A stretch of DNA of 43,803 bases from an uncultured Bacteroidales bacterium (GCA_937915475.1 CALGIR010000004.1:1-43803); one strand, 5' to 3'. Positions 29,328-38,591 are shown, counted from the first letter of the stretch. Translations and numbers: made by a program. The notes: generated by a model not told the origin, from the letters alone.

Positions 29328-30275
29328 TTACCTGCGTTTACTTGAAAAGGGCAACCAAACAGCCAACAGTGCGGGTAGCGCAATATTGAGCATCCAAACA
29401 GCGTGAGTAGCAAGCACAATGGCAGCTGGATGATTCCAAAATGCACCCACAAATATTACTGCAAAACCCGATCGAACTCCGGCATCTGCAATTGAAAGCA
29501 CTGGGATAAGGCTTGCAAAAAGATAGGTTGCAAAAACTGAAGCATACGCTTGACTCAAACCTGAACTATACCCAAAAAGATATAACAGAAGCACAAACTG
29601 TGTGGAAAAGACCAGATACCTTAAAAGGCTATGTAATTGAACAACCAAAGCACTTGAAACTGGAACTTTAGAAATGAGAGCAACATCCAAGCCCATTCTT
29701 TTAAAAACATTGAACTTTGCCATAACCTTCGCAACAAACCCATTACCAAAAACAAATAAACCCGCAATAAAAAGTGACAGCACTACGCAAATTATGACCA
29801 AGGGGTTTTTAAAATAATGGTTAACCCCCACCTGGCTGCCCAAAATGAACATACCAAAAAGGCCAAAGATTATGGTGGCCAACTGCTGGGCAAACCCACA
29901 CTGAACAGCCAAAATTCCTGCTTCGGCTTTTCTCTCCGTTTTAAGTAAAGCAACACGGCCAATGGGGTCGCCTATTCTATTAGGAGTAAAAAGACCAACA
30001 CCCACGCCATATAGTACCGTTTTTACTGCAACCCCAATGCTTATCAGCTCAACGCTTCTGAGCGCAAATTTCCATTTAACGGCCTCAATCATCCAGTTTA
30101 TGGGCATAAGTAATAGCACTAAAACTATTACCCATAGGTTTGATGTTGGAATCTGCTGAAAGATGGATTCTACCTGGCTAAAATCTTCCTTTGATAGCCT
30201 AACTGCAACAAATCCATAAGCTAGAACGGCAACGGAAATCTTGGCAACAAGAATTCCTCTATTGTTTTTAATCAC
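29328..30275 (-). CDS. Lysylphosphatidylglycerol synthase TM-domain / flippase-like membrane protein (UPF0104)
   Basis: NWMIEAVKW, FTPNRIGD..GR, DAGVR motifs; polytopic; GTG start. Confidence 0.8.
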   Translation of the reverse strand: MIKNNRGILVAKISVAVLAYGFVAVRLSKEDFSQVESIFQQIPTSNLWVIVLVLLLMPINWMIEAVKWKFALRSVELISIGVAVKTVLYGVGVGLFTPNRIGDPIGRVALLKTERKAEAGILAVQCGFAQQLATIIFGLFGMFILGSQVGVNHYFKNPLVIICVVLSLFIAGLFVFGNGFVAKVMAKFNVFKRMGLDVALISKVPVSSALVVQLHSLLRYLVFSTQFVLLLYLFGYSSGLSQAYASVFATYLFASLIPVLSIADAGVRSGFAVIFVGAFWNHPAAIVLATHAVWMLNIALPALLAVWLPFSSKRR

Positions 30276-30310
30276 CCTAAAGTATTTTGCGCTAAATTAG
30301 TACAATACAT

Positions 30311-30378
30311 TTAAACCAATAGCCAGCAGGAAGAAACAACGTTTTTAGCTACTTGTACTTGTTTTTAATACCCCAAAA
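30311..30378 (+). repeat. Diverged direct repeat, copy 1 (downstream side of marC)
   Basis: TTAAACCAATAGCCAGCAGGAAGAAACAACGTTTTTAGCTACTTGTACTTGTTTTTAATACCCCAAAA aligns with 31307-31374. Confidence 0.85.
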
Positions 30379-30443
30379 AACTGACAATTATTTTCACAGC
30401 AAAGAAAGACAACAATGATATTTTATACCAATTACTATTTGCC

Positions 30444-31112
30444 CTATTGGTTTAGCATCAATTTTAAGTTTTCGATGATGGGTTGTAAGAAGTATTCACT
30501 ACTAATGAATCCTCCAAGGCCATCGAATATAAACTGAAATGCAATACAGATAAGGATAAATCCCATAATTCTTGTGAGCGCATCAAGGCCTGTAACTCCT
30601 AAAAGCCGGGAGATTAATGGGGCACCACGCATGGAAAGCCAAGCTACAAATACAACAACCAAGATACCGATAGAGACACCAAGATAACCTAGGATATCTT
30701 CCGATGCAGCAGCCATGCTAATAACTACAGAAATAGAACCAGGACCACTTAAAGAAGGCATGGCCAGAGGTGTGAAGGCAATATCACTTTTCGTCTTAGA
30801 TTCTTGTTTGGCCTCTTCCGAAATATCATCAGAATCCTTTGGATTGAGCATATTAAAACCCACTCGCATAATGATTACCCCACCTGCAACACGAATAGCA
30901 GGAATCGAAATCCCAAAGAACTCTTTAATTAAGGCACCGCCCCAAAGAAAGACAAGCAGGATACCAGCCATATAAATAGCAGCCTTTAGCGCTTGTTGCC
31001 TAGACCACTCCTTAGACTGTCCTGCGGTAAGCGACAAATACAGGGGTATCGTACTAAATGGATTGGAGATAGGCAAAAGTGCAACGACTGTAACAAGTGC
31101 AATTTTAAACAT
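30444..31112 (-). CDS. MarC family (NAAT) integral membrane protein
   Basis: NPFSTIPLYLSL, FGISIPAIRVAGG, IAFTPLAMPSLSGPGSI, TRIMGFIL motifs. Confidence 0.93.
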   Translation of the reverse strand: MFKIALVTVVALLPISNPFSTIPLYLSLTAGQSKEWSRQQALKAAIYMAGILLVFLWGGALIKEFFGISIPAIRVAGGVIIMRVGFNMLNPKDSDDISEEAKQESKTKSDIAFTPLAMPSLSGPGSISVVISMAAASEDILGYLGVSIGILVVVFVAWLSMRGAPLISRLLGVTGLDALTRIMGFILICIAFQFIFDGLGGFISSEYFLQPIIENLKLMLNQ

Positions 31113-31182
31113 TTTTCTTGATTTTGATGAGTGAGCTTTTTAGGATCGCCCAGAATCTAAGTTTGGTCGAAGCTAAGGTGCA

Positions 31183-31190
31183 CAAAGGTA
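31183..31190 (-). promoter_or_regulatory. Bacteroidetes -7 element (TACCTTTG) for marC
   Basis: TAnnTTTG 70 nt upstream of the marC start. Confidence 0.55.
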
Positions 31191-31306
31191 TCATTAGTTT
31201 GAAAGGTAAATGTATCAATAATCTCCACTTTATTTTGACCACCCTCCATCTGTCTATTTTTAGCTTTTAAAACTCCATTAACACATATAAATATATACAT
31301 TATAAA

Positions 31307-31374
31307 TTAAACCCAATAGCCCGCAGGGAGAAAACAACATTTTTAGTTACTTTTACTTGTTTTAAACTCCAAAA
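31307..31374 (+). repeat. Diverged direct repeat, copy 2 (directly upstream of the YihY gene)
   Basis: TTAAACCCAATAGCCCGCAGGGAGAAAACAACATTTTTAGTTACTTTTACTTGTTTTAAACTCCAAAA. Confidence 0.85.
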
Positions 31375-31386
31375 CCCTTATCAATT

Positions 31387-32739
31387 ATGATGGCAGCAAG
31401 GAAAGGCAAAAAAAAATCTTTTTTAAATATCAAAAAGATAAAACACTTTTTAACAAAAAAAATATGGAATATACAGCTAAAAGATTACCCACTACCTCGC
31501 CGTATTTTTTACCACACGCTTAGGATATTAATGTTAGCATATAGAGGTTTTATTGAGGATAGAGTTACTTTGCGTGCCTCTGCCCTAACCTACTTCACGC
31601 TTATGTCAATTGTACCAATATTAGCAATGGGATTTGGCATTGCTAAAGGTTTTGGGGTTGAAAAGTACATGGAAAACCAGCTGCTAGAAAACTTTGAGGG
31701 TCAGCAAGAAATTTTGTCTCAGGTAATTTCTTTTTCCAACAATCTACTTAAGAATACTGGCGGAGGTTTAATTGCAGGTATTGGAGTAGTAGTTTTATTC
31801 TACTCTGTACTAAAGGTTTTTAATCATATCGAGCGTTCATTTAACGACATTTGGCAGATTAGAACATCTCGCCCCTATGCCCGAAAATTTGCCGATTACC
31901 TATCGATAATGCTTATTGCTCCTGTTTTACTTATTGCAGCAAGCGGAATAAACGTTTTTGTGGCCACACATCTCACCAGCCTTGCTGCAAAAATTGAGCT
32001 AATTAGCTACGTTGCTCCCTTAATAATGTTTCTTCTTAAGCTCGCACCCTATATCATCGTGTGGGTTGCTTTTACCCTGCTTTACATAGTGATGCCCAAC
32101 ACTAAAGTAAACATCTTATCTGGTATAATCGCAGGAATCGTTGCTGGTTCGGCTTTTATGATTACCCAGTGGGTTTATATCGATTTTCAGATTGGCATGT
32201 CAAAGTATAATGCAATTTACGGGAGTTTTGCTGCGATACCCTTGTTTTTGGCCTGGCTAAGAATTAGCTGGCTAATTGTGCTTTTTGGTGCCGAAATATC
32301 TTTCTCACATCAGAACCAGAATTTACATGAGTTTGAGGCCGAAACAAAAACTATGAGCAACAAATCCAGTAAAGCCCTATCCGTTTTGGTTCTTAACCGA
32401 ATAATTGGCCGATTTACTGGCGGTGAACCGCCCTTTACCTCGCAGGAGTTATCCAAGGAACTTAAACTGCCCATACGCTTGATACAGATTCTTTTAAATA
32501 AACTTGTGGAGTGCAATATCCTTTCAATGTCATATACCTCAGAGCCCAAAACACCCGCTTTTCAGCCTGCCCAAAACATCGATAAATTTACCGTATCGTA
32601 TGTATTTAATACCCTCGACAACTCTGGGGCAAATATCCAACTAACGAACCCCACACTCGATAAGGTAAATGAGATATATGAAGCATTTGTTGACAGCATA
32701 GATAAACTTGATGAAAACTTAATGGTAAAGGATATCTAG
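31387..32739 (+). CDS. YihY/virulence factor BrkB family protein with C-terminal winged-helix-like extension
   Basis: ASALTYFTLMSIVP, IERSFNDIW, YNAIYGSFAAIPLFL.WL.ISW.IVLFGAE; C-terminal SQELSKELKLPIRLIQILLNKL HTH-like segment. Confidence 0.9.
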   Translation: MMAARKGKKKSFLNIKKIKHFLTKKIWNIQLKDYPLPRRIFYHTLRILMLAYRGFIEDRVTLRASALTYFTLMSIVPILAMGFGIAKGFGVEKYMENQLLENFEGQQEILSQVISFSNNLLKNTGGGLIAGIGVVVLFYSVLKVFNHIERSFNDIWQIRTSRPYARKFADYLSIMLIAPVLLIAASGINVFVATHLTSLAAKIELISYVAPLIMFLLKLAPYIIVWVAFTLLYIVMPNTKVNILSGIIAGIVAGSAFMITQWVYIDFQIGMSKYNAIYGSFAAIPLFLAWLRISWLIVLFGAEISFSHQNQNLHEFEAETKTMSNKSSKALSVLVLNRIIGRFTGGEPPFTSQELSKELKLPIRLIQILLNKLVECNILSMSYTSEPKTPAFQPAQNIDKFTVSYVFNTLDNSGANIQLTNPTLDKVNEIYEAFVDSIDKLDENLMVKDI

Positions 32740-32777
32740 TTTTATGTAGTTATTCGTTTTTATACTCAAAAAAACCT

Positions 32778-32822
32778 GATTTTCTTCATTTACCTCATCC
32801 CTAAAAGGGTATGAAGAAAATC
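32778..32822. terminator. Hairpin after the YihY gene (terminator or regulatory)
   Basis: Perfect 12-bp arms GATTTTCTTCAT / ATGAAGAAAATC with an inner CCCT-AAA-AGGG stem. Confidence 0.5.
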
Positions 32823-33002
32823 CTCTCCTTTTATGCTTTAGCTGCCTAAACCAGCAATTATTTTTTTATTCTCAAAGCAACCTTAAGCCCACTTTATGCA
32901 TCTTCAATTTGATTGAAGAGAAAAAGGGTATAGATTTTGTCACCATCAGCAATCCATTGAATCTTTCAGTCATAGAAGAGTAATTAAAAAACACAAACTA
33001 AT

Positions 33003-33272
33003 ATGTCGCAATCAGATATTTACAATAAAATTAGATGGACACTAATGGCTAATTTTAGACTCAAAGAAGCCACAAACCACTATAAGGCAAACCTTTATGA
33101 TGAACTCGGCCTAGATGCATGGGATATCAATCAACTCATTTTCTTAGTCGAAAAGCAATTCAATATTCAGTTTGAAACTGGCATTGAGAAGAATGTAGTT
33201 AGCCTAAACCAGATTGCCTTACTGGCATACAAGGCCATGCATAGGCAAACAGAGAATTTGAAGGTAGCTTAA
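33003..33272 (+). CDS. Acyl carrier protein-like protein lacking the conserved serine
   Basis: 89 aa; LYDELGLDAWDINQLIFLVEKQFNIQF matches the ACP pattern xxDLGxDSLD..ELx..xE..FxIxI, with Ala (GCA) at the Ser position. Confidence 0.75.
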   Translation: MSQSDIYNKIRWTLMANFRLKEATNHYKANLYDELGLDAWDINQLIFLVEKQFNIQFETGIEKNVVSLNQIALLAYKAMHRQTENLKVA

Positions 33273-33310
33273 ATCAACAAAAGGGGAAATCCATTTTACT
33301 GCATATGAAA

Positions 33311-33349
33311 CTTTGTGGGTTGCCAAAAAATCAAACCACAAAGCTTTTT
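33311..33349 (+). terminator. Probable intrinsic terminator after the ACP-like gene
   Basis: CTTTGTGG...CCACAAAG stem followed by CTTTTT. Confidence 0.6.
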
Positions 33350-33401
33350 ACTTTATTCACTGATTTCAGTAGCATTAGTAGCCTCACTATACTTTTTTCC
33401 A

Positions 33402-33409
33402 TAACTTTG
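33402..33409 (+). promoter_or_regulatory. Bacteroidetes -7 element (TAACTTTG) for the Mur ligase gene
   Basis: TAnnTTTG 14 nt before ATG 33424. Confidence 0.55.
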
Positions 33410-33423
33410 CGTAAATGCATACT

Positions 33424-34815
33424 ATGAGAATACATTTTATTGCCATCGGTGGCAGTGCAATGCACAATTTGGCTATTGTCCTTAAACAGAAAGGCTATGC
33501 AATTAGTGGTTCAGATGACGAAATTTTTGAACCATCGCACGGCCGGCTAAAGAGCAACGGACTGCTTCCTGACAAAACAGGATGGTTCCCCAATAGAATT
33601 ACAGAAGAACTGGATGCCATTGTGCTCGGAATGCATGCTAGGGCTGATAACCCAGAACTCATCAGAGCAAAAGAACTTGGACTGAAAATATTCTCATACC
33701 CCGAATATCTTTACGAACAAACAAAAAACAAAACCAGAGTTGTAATAGGTGGTAGCCATGGCAAAACAACCATCACGTCAATGGTTATGCACGTATTAAA
33801 AGAATCGGGACTAAAATTCGATTATATGGTGGGCGCCCAAATTGAAGGTTTTAGGAACATGGTTGGGCTATCGGACGATACCAATATAGCCGTTTTTGAG
33901 GGTGACGAGTACCTAACCTCTCCCATAGATGCACGACCAAAGTTTCATCTATACAAACCACACATTGCCGTTATATCAGGCATTGCATGGGATCATATAA
34001 ACGTTTTTCCAACAAAAGAGTTCTATGCAAAGCAATTTGAACTGTTTGTAAAAACAATACAACCCAGTGGCAACCTTGTATTCTGCAAAAACGATAAGCA
34101 AGTTCTACAGATTACCAAACATGCTCCCAAAGATGTAACTCTTTCTCCTTATAGCGAACACCCCTTTGAAGTTAATGGGGATAAAACCTATCTAAAAACC
34201 GAAGGTGAATTAGTAGAGGTTAAAGTGTTTGGCAAACACAATATGGAAAATATTGCCGCTGCTAAAAGTGTTTGTAATATGCTTGGGGTAACAAATGCTC
34301 AATTTTACAGCGCCATTGCCACATTTTTGGGTGCTGCTAAACGAATGCAGAGATTGAACTTCAATGATTCGGTTGAGGTTTTTGTTGATTTTGCCCATGC
34401 CCCCTCAAAAGTAAAAGCTACCGTTAAGGCGCTAAAAGAAGCCTATCCAACAAGAACCTTGGTGGCTTGCCTTGAGCTTCATACCTTTAGCAGCCTTAAT
34501 AAAACTTTTTTAGATGAATACAATGGTGCGCTGAACGATGCCGATTTCCCAATTATTTTCTACAGTCCACAAACCATTGAACTCAAAAAATTGCCGCCAT
34601 TAGACCCCAGTTTTGTCAAGCAAAAGTTTGGCAATACGAGCATCAAGGTATTTAACAACTCGAGAGATTTACACCACTATATACTCAAACAACCTTGGCA
34701 CAACGCCAATTTGCTTTTCATGTCATCGGGAAACTTTGCAAACCTCGATCTTGACAGAATTGCCAATGTTGTAGTTGAAGATGATGATTTTCCGAAGCGA
34801 TACCTTAAATTCTAA
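33424..34815 (+). CDS. mpl: Mur ligase family protein, Mpl/MurC-like (murein peptide ligase)
   Basis: IHFIAIGGSAMHNLA, GSHGKTT P-loop, EGDEY, DHINVF, DFAHAP; lies outside a dcw cluster, which favours the recycling ligase. Confidence 0.8.
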   Translation: MRIHFIAIGGSAMHNLAIVLKQKGYAISGSDDEIFEPSHGRLKSNGLLPDKTGWFPNRITEELDAIVLGMHARADNPELIRAKELGLKIFSYPEYLYEQTKNKTRVVIGGSHGKTTITSMVMHVLKESGLKFDYMVGAQIEGFRNMVGLSDDTNIAVFEGDEYLTSPIDARPKFHLYKPHIAVISGIAWDHINVFPTKEFYAKQFELFVKTIQPSGNLVFCKNDKQVLQITKHAPKDVTLSPYSEHPFEVNGDKTYLKTEGELVEVKVFGKHNMENIAAAKSVCNMLGVTNAQFYSAIATFLGAAKRMQRLNFNDSVEVFVDFAHAPSKVKATVKALKEAYPTRTLVACLELHTFSSLNKTFLDEYNGALNDADFPIIFYSPQTIELKKLPPLDPSFVKQKFGNTSIKVFNNSRDLHHYILKQPWHNANLLFMSSGNFANLDLDRIANVVVEDDDFPKRYLKF

Positions 34816-34833
34816 TTCAATACCAACAAAAAT

Positions 34834-35400
34834 ATGATGCTTGCTAGTCAAAACATAGACATAGTTCCTCTGCGCATTGACGACCTGAAACAGTTTATTA
34901 AATCGAGGGCACAGTTTGAGAATAAATACAACCTTAAACTCTCAGGATTAGAACTCAACCAAGCCTACAAAGAGGAACTCAACGAAGCAGTTGAACGCAC
35001 TCCGGAAGTATGGCACAACAAAAGCACCGATTACCTGTTCCATACCCTATGGGTTTTTATTCATCGAAAGCAAAAGGTAATTATTGGACAGTTTATCTTT
35101 AATGGCATGCCCAACAGAAATGGCGAAGTTGAAATATTCTTTAGCATAGAAAAGCCATTCCGCCAGAATGGATATGCCACAGAGGTTGTACAAGCAATAA
35201 TCGATTGGGCATCGCAAGAAGAAAGTTTTAAAACCTTGCTTGTTGAAGCCGATCTGAATAATAAAGCGGCCATGGCTTCGTTAAAAAAGATAGGGTTTAG
35301 AAAAACAGGTCAACCCGATGACGAAAATGAAGAGAAAATAACAAAATACTATAAACAGGTAAAACATCTGCCAGCAATGGAAGAACTCGATTTTGACTAA
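34834..35400 (+). CDS. GNAT family N-acetyltransferase (RimJ/RimL-like)
   Basis: GEVEIFFSI..PFRQNGYATE motif A; N.AAMASLKKIGF motif B. Confidence 0.85.
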   Translation: MMLASQNIDIVPLRIDDLKQFIKSRAQFENKYNLKLSGLELNQAYKEELNEAVERTPEVWHNKSTDYLFHTLWVFIHRKQKVIIGQFIFNGMPNRNGEVEIFFSIEKPFRQNGYATEVVQAIIDWASQEESFKTLLVEADLNNKAAMASLKKIGFRKTGQPDDENEEKITKYYKQVKHLPAMEELDFD

Positions 35401-35432
35401 AAACATACTTGAACAATTAAAGAAATATATTT

Positions 35433-35915
35433 ATGAAAAAAATGACCCTTTTTATACTTTTAACAGGAGCACTATTGGGAGGATTAACAGCAAGTGCCCA
35501 GCAAACTTACAAAACAGGCCTTGGCTTAAAGGGAGGTTACCCCTCAGGGATTACTGTTAAGCACTTTCTAGATAATAAATCAGCAGTTGAGGGCATTGCA
35601 TCATTTGGCTGGGGAGGTTTTGGAATAACGGGGTTATACCAATTTCATAACCCAATACCCGATTTGCCCGGTTTATCTTGGTACTATGGAGGAGGTGCTC
35701 ATCTTGCTATCGCAAATGGTGATGACGATGATGATAACCCCTGGAGGGGAGAAGAACTTACCCTTGGTATTGATGGAGTTATTGGATTAGAGTATGTTTT
35801 TGCTGAAGTTCCTATTTCCATTGGAATAGACATCCTACCCGTACTCAATATTATTCAGAAACCAGGCGTTTGGTTCAATTCAGGCTTAGCCATACGGTAT
35901 ACTTTCAAACAATAA
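35433..35915 (+). CDS. Small outer-membrane beta-barrel hypothetical protein
   Basis: Signal peptide, GITVKHF, WYYGGGAH, GIDGVIGLEY, C-terminal IRYTF. Confidence 0.8.
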   Translation: MKKMTLFILLTGALLGGLTASAQQTYKTGLGLKGGYPSGITVKHFLDNKSAVEGIASFGWGGFGITGLYQFHNPIPDLPGLSWYYGGGAHLAIANGDDDDDNPWRGEELTLGIDGVIGLEYVFAEVPISIGIDILPVLNIIQKPGVWFNSGLAIRYTFKQ

Positions 35916-35935
35916 CAAAAAAACTTCTGTTTTAT

Positions 35936-35966
35936 TTTGCAATAAATATTTATTTATTTACCTTTG
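35936..35966 (+). promoter_or_regulatory. Bacteroidetes sigma-A promoter for tRNA-Glu-rpsT
   Basis: TTTG 35936-35939, 19-nt spacer, TACCTTTG 35959-35966. Confidence 0.8.
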
Positions 35967-36008
35967 CAGCCGCTTTACAACAAGTCATGTAAAGTTTTTT
36001 GAAATAAT

Positions 36009-36080
36009 GGCCCGTTCGTCTAGGGGTTAGGACGCCAGGTTTTCATCCTGGTAACAGGGGTTCGATTCCCCTACGGGCTA
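36009..36080 (+). tRNA. tRNA-Glu (anticodon TTC)
   Basis: GGCCCGT/ACGGGCT acceptor stem, CCAGG-TTTTCAT-CCTGG anticodon arm, AGGGG-TTCGATT-CCCCT T-arm. Confidence 0.97.
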
Positions 36081-36109
36081 CTACATTGTTTATCATAATA
36101 AATAGCATC

Positions 36110-36364
36110 ATGGCAAACCACAAGTCAGCAATTAAGAGAATTCGTCAGGATCAATCAAAAAGGGTTCATAACAAGTACCATGCGCGCACTACCCGTAATG
36201 CTATTAAGCAGTTAAGGGATACTAGCGACAAAAATGCGGCTCAAGAGATGCTTCCTAAGGTTTCATCAATGATTGATAAATTAGCGAAGAGAAATGTTAT
36301 TCATAAGAATAAGGCTGCAAACATTAAGAGTTCGCTGTCTATTCATGTTAATGCATTGCAATAG
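36110..36364 (+). CDS. rpsT: 30S ribosomal protein S20
   Basis: MANHKSAIKRIRQ...IDKLAKRNVIHKNKAAN.KS; ATG at 36110. Confidence 0.97.
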   Translation: MANHKSAIKRIRQDQSKRVHNKYHARTTRNAIKQLRDTSDKNAAQEMLPKVSSMIDKLAKRNVIHKNKAANIKSSLSIHVNALQ

Positions 36365-36397
36365 GATATACGTATTCAAAAAAGGATAATTGAATTT

Positions 36398-36422
36398 GGC
36401 TCGCTTTGCGAGCCTTTTTTTT
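36398..36422 (+). terminator. Intrinsic terminator after rpsT
   Basis: GGCTCGC-TTT-GCGAGCC followed by T8. Confidence 0.88.
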
Positions 36423-36480
36423 GCTTTTTTGCTTCGTATTGAATCCGTTTTTGTAACTTGGGATAGTAAACATTATAAAA

Positions 36481-37179
36481 ATGGAACCATCCTCAAAAGC
36501 ACTCACCATAAAACAATGGGCCCATGACGATAGACCCAGAGAAAAAATGATATCCAAAGGCGCAACCGCCTTGAGCGATGCTGAGTTAGTGGCAATCCTT
36601 ATTGGTTCAGGTACAACAAATGAAACCGCAGTAGGTATTGCCCAAAAAGTGCTAGCCGCCGCAAAAAACAACCTCAATGAGCTGGGGCGTTTTACCATAA
36701 AGGATTTAACCAAAACAAAGGGTATTGGCACCGCAAAAGCCATTGCCATTATGGCTGCACTTGAGCTAGGACGAAGACGAAAAAACTCTGAGGCAATAAA
36801 TAGAGAACAGATAACATCAAGCAACGACGTAATTGAACTATTTCAAGCCTCCCTGGCCGATTTGCCCCACGAAGAGTTTTGGGTGCTCCTTTTAAATCGG
36901 GCCAATAAAATTATTGAGCGGGTTAAAATAAGCGAAGGTGGCTACACCGCTACAACGGTAGATGTTAGAAAAATAATGAAAACAGCCCTCGAACATCAAG
37001 CCATTGGGTTAATCCTCTGCCACAATCATCCATCGGGTAACCATAATCCAAGCAATGAGGATATCAATATCACCGCCAAAATAAAACAAGCCGCTAAAAC
37101 ATTAGACATAAGCCTCTTAGATCACGTAATAATAACATCCGGCAAGTGCTTCTCCATGGCTGACAACTCTATGATTTAA
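36481..37179 (+). CDS. radC: RadC family JAB-domain protein
   Basis: DRPREK...G..ALSDAELVAIL, GIGTAKA, HNHPSG..NPS.ED, LLDHVII. Confidence 0.95.
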   Translation: MEPSSKALTIKQWAHDDRPREKMISKGATALSDAELVAILIGSGTTNETAVGIAQKVLAAAKNNLNELGRFTIKDLTKTKGIGTAKAIAIMAALELGRRRKNSEAINREQITSSNDVIELFQASLADLPHEEFWVLLLNRANKIIERVKISEGGYTATTVDVRKIMKTALEHQAIGLILCHNHPSGNHNPSNEDINITAKIKQAAKTLDISLLDHVIITSGKCFSMADNSMI

Positions 37180-37280
37180 AACTGGTATAGAACATAAGAT
37201 TTGTTCGCTGATTACAATGGTTATACGACTAATTATTAGTATTTTGCGCTCAATAAACTAGCACTTTAAACCACAACCTG

Positions 37281-37931
37281 ATGATAAAAATACTGGGTGA
37301 AAAGAACTCAATCCTCAACAAGTTTATCTGCGAATTACGGAGCGTTGAAGTACAAAATGACAGGATGCGCTTTAGGAGAAACCTAGAACGCATTAGTGAA
37401 ATTTTTGCATACGAATTAAGCCAGCAACTTAACTACTCGCCAAAACAAGTACAAACCCCGCTTGGCACTACCGACATCCCTTTGCCAACAGACAAAATTG
37501 TTGTAGCATCCATACTACGTGCAGGGTTACCTATGCATCAGGGATTACTCAACTATTTTGATGATGCTGAAAACGCTTTTATCTCTGCATACCGAAAGTA
37601 TAGCAAAGACGGTTCGTTCAAAATACAATTCGAACACCTCTCCTGCCCTAACATCAAGGGAAAAGTACTAATTATAGCTGATCCTATGCTAGCCACTGGA
37701 GCTTCGATGATATTAGCCTATAAAGCGCTACTTGAAAAGGGAAAACCGAAGCATACGCATATCGTTTCGATAGTTGCCTCAAAAGAGGGGGTAGAGTATA
37801 CTCGCCAAAACCTTACAAGCAAAAATGCCACCCTATGGCTAGGTGCGGTTGACGATGAGCTTACGGTAAAATCGTATATTGTTCCTGGGCTTGGTGATGC
37901 TGGCGACTTAGCCTACGGAGGTAAGGAGTAG
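37281..37931 (+). CDS. upp: Uracil phosphoribosyltransferase
   Basis: SILRAGL, DPMLATGAS (PRPP motif), YIVPGLGDAGD. Confidence 0.96.
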   Translation: MIKILGEKNSILNKFICELRSVEVQNDRMRFRRNLERISEIFAYELSQQLNYSPKQVQTPLGTTDIPLPTDKIVVASILRAGLPMHQGLLNYFDDAENAFISAYRKYSKDGSFKIQFEHLSCPNIKGKVLIIADPMLATGASMILAYKALLEKGKPKHTHIVSIVASKEGVEYTRQNLTSKNATLWLGAVDDELTVKSYIVPGLGDAGDLAYGGKE

Positions 37932-38444
37932 TTACGCCATGATTCTTCTCTTCTCAGCTGATGCATAACGCCATACCTGAGTGCTATCGGAACAGCTGGA
38001 CAGAAGTTCGTTAATAGATTTGCCAAGCAATGGATGCATTAACGAGGGTGCAATTTGCGCCAACGGTTTCAGCACAAACATTCGTTCATGGAGTTTACGA
38101 TGAGGAACAACTAATGGTGGTAATGTGTAGATGCAATCATCGTAAAAAAGCACATCGATATCAGCAGTTCGGGCAGAGTAGTCATCATGGTCTCTTTTCC
38201 TGCCCAAGTTCTTCTCAATTAGCTGGCAAGTATCTAAAAGGCAGAGAGCTTCGAGTGAAGTTTCAACCTCAAGCACCTGATTTAGAAAATTTGTGTCGTG
38301 GTCGAATCCCCAAGGTTCAGACTCAAAAATATCAGAGCGCTTTACTACTTTCCCAATCTTTTGCTCAATTTGCCTAGCTGTTTTATCAATCAGTTCTTCT
38401 CTATTCCCCAAATTTCCACCTATAATTAAGTATACCCTACGCAT
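37932..38444 (-). CDS. folK: 2-amino-4-hydroxy-6-hydroxymethyldihydropteridine diphosphokinase
   Basis: YLIIGGNLGNR, ESEPWG, FLNQV, RTADIDVLFY, VPH...ERMFVL.PL. ATG at 38444 (ORF track extends to 38573). Confidence 0.95.
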   Translation of the reverse strand: MRRVYLIIGGNLGNREELIDKTARQIEQKIGKVVKRSDIFESEPWGFDHDTNFLNQVLEVETSLEALCLLDTCQLIEKNLGRKRDHDDYSARTADIDVLFYDDCIYTLPPLVVPHRKLHERMFVLKPLAQIAPSLMHPLLGKSINELLSSCSDSTQVWRYASAEKRRIMA

Positions 38445-38591
38445 AAATATAATGTATAATGAACATTCGTATTTCGGAAAGTTGTAAAGTTTGCGCAAAT
38501 ATTCCAATAAAACAACCCATAGCTTAAACTTTTTCATTACTTTTATTTCGCATAAAAAACTAGAATTACACACAAAAAAAACCTGCTGAAT

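Noticed and set aside
19796-36080. tRNA-Leu or tRNA-Glu as the attachment site of an integrated element
   Set aside because: I found no duplicated tRNA 3' end and no integrase; the flanking genes are mostly housekeeping.
36481-37179. radC as a marker of a mobile element
   Set aside because: It is the full-length chromosomal type with the N-terminal domain, in a housekeeping context.
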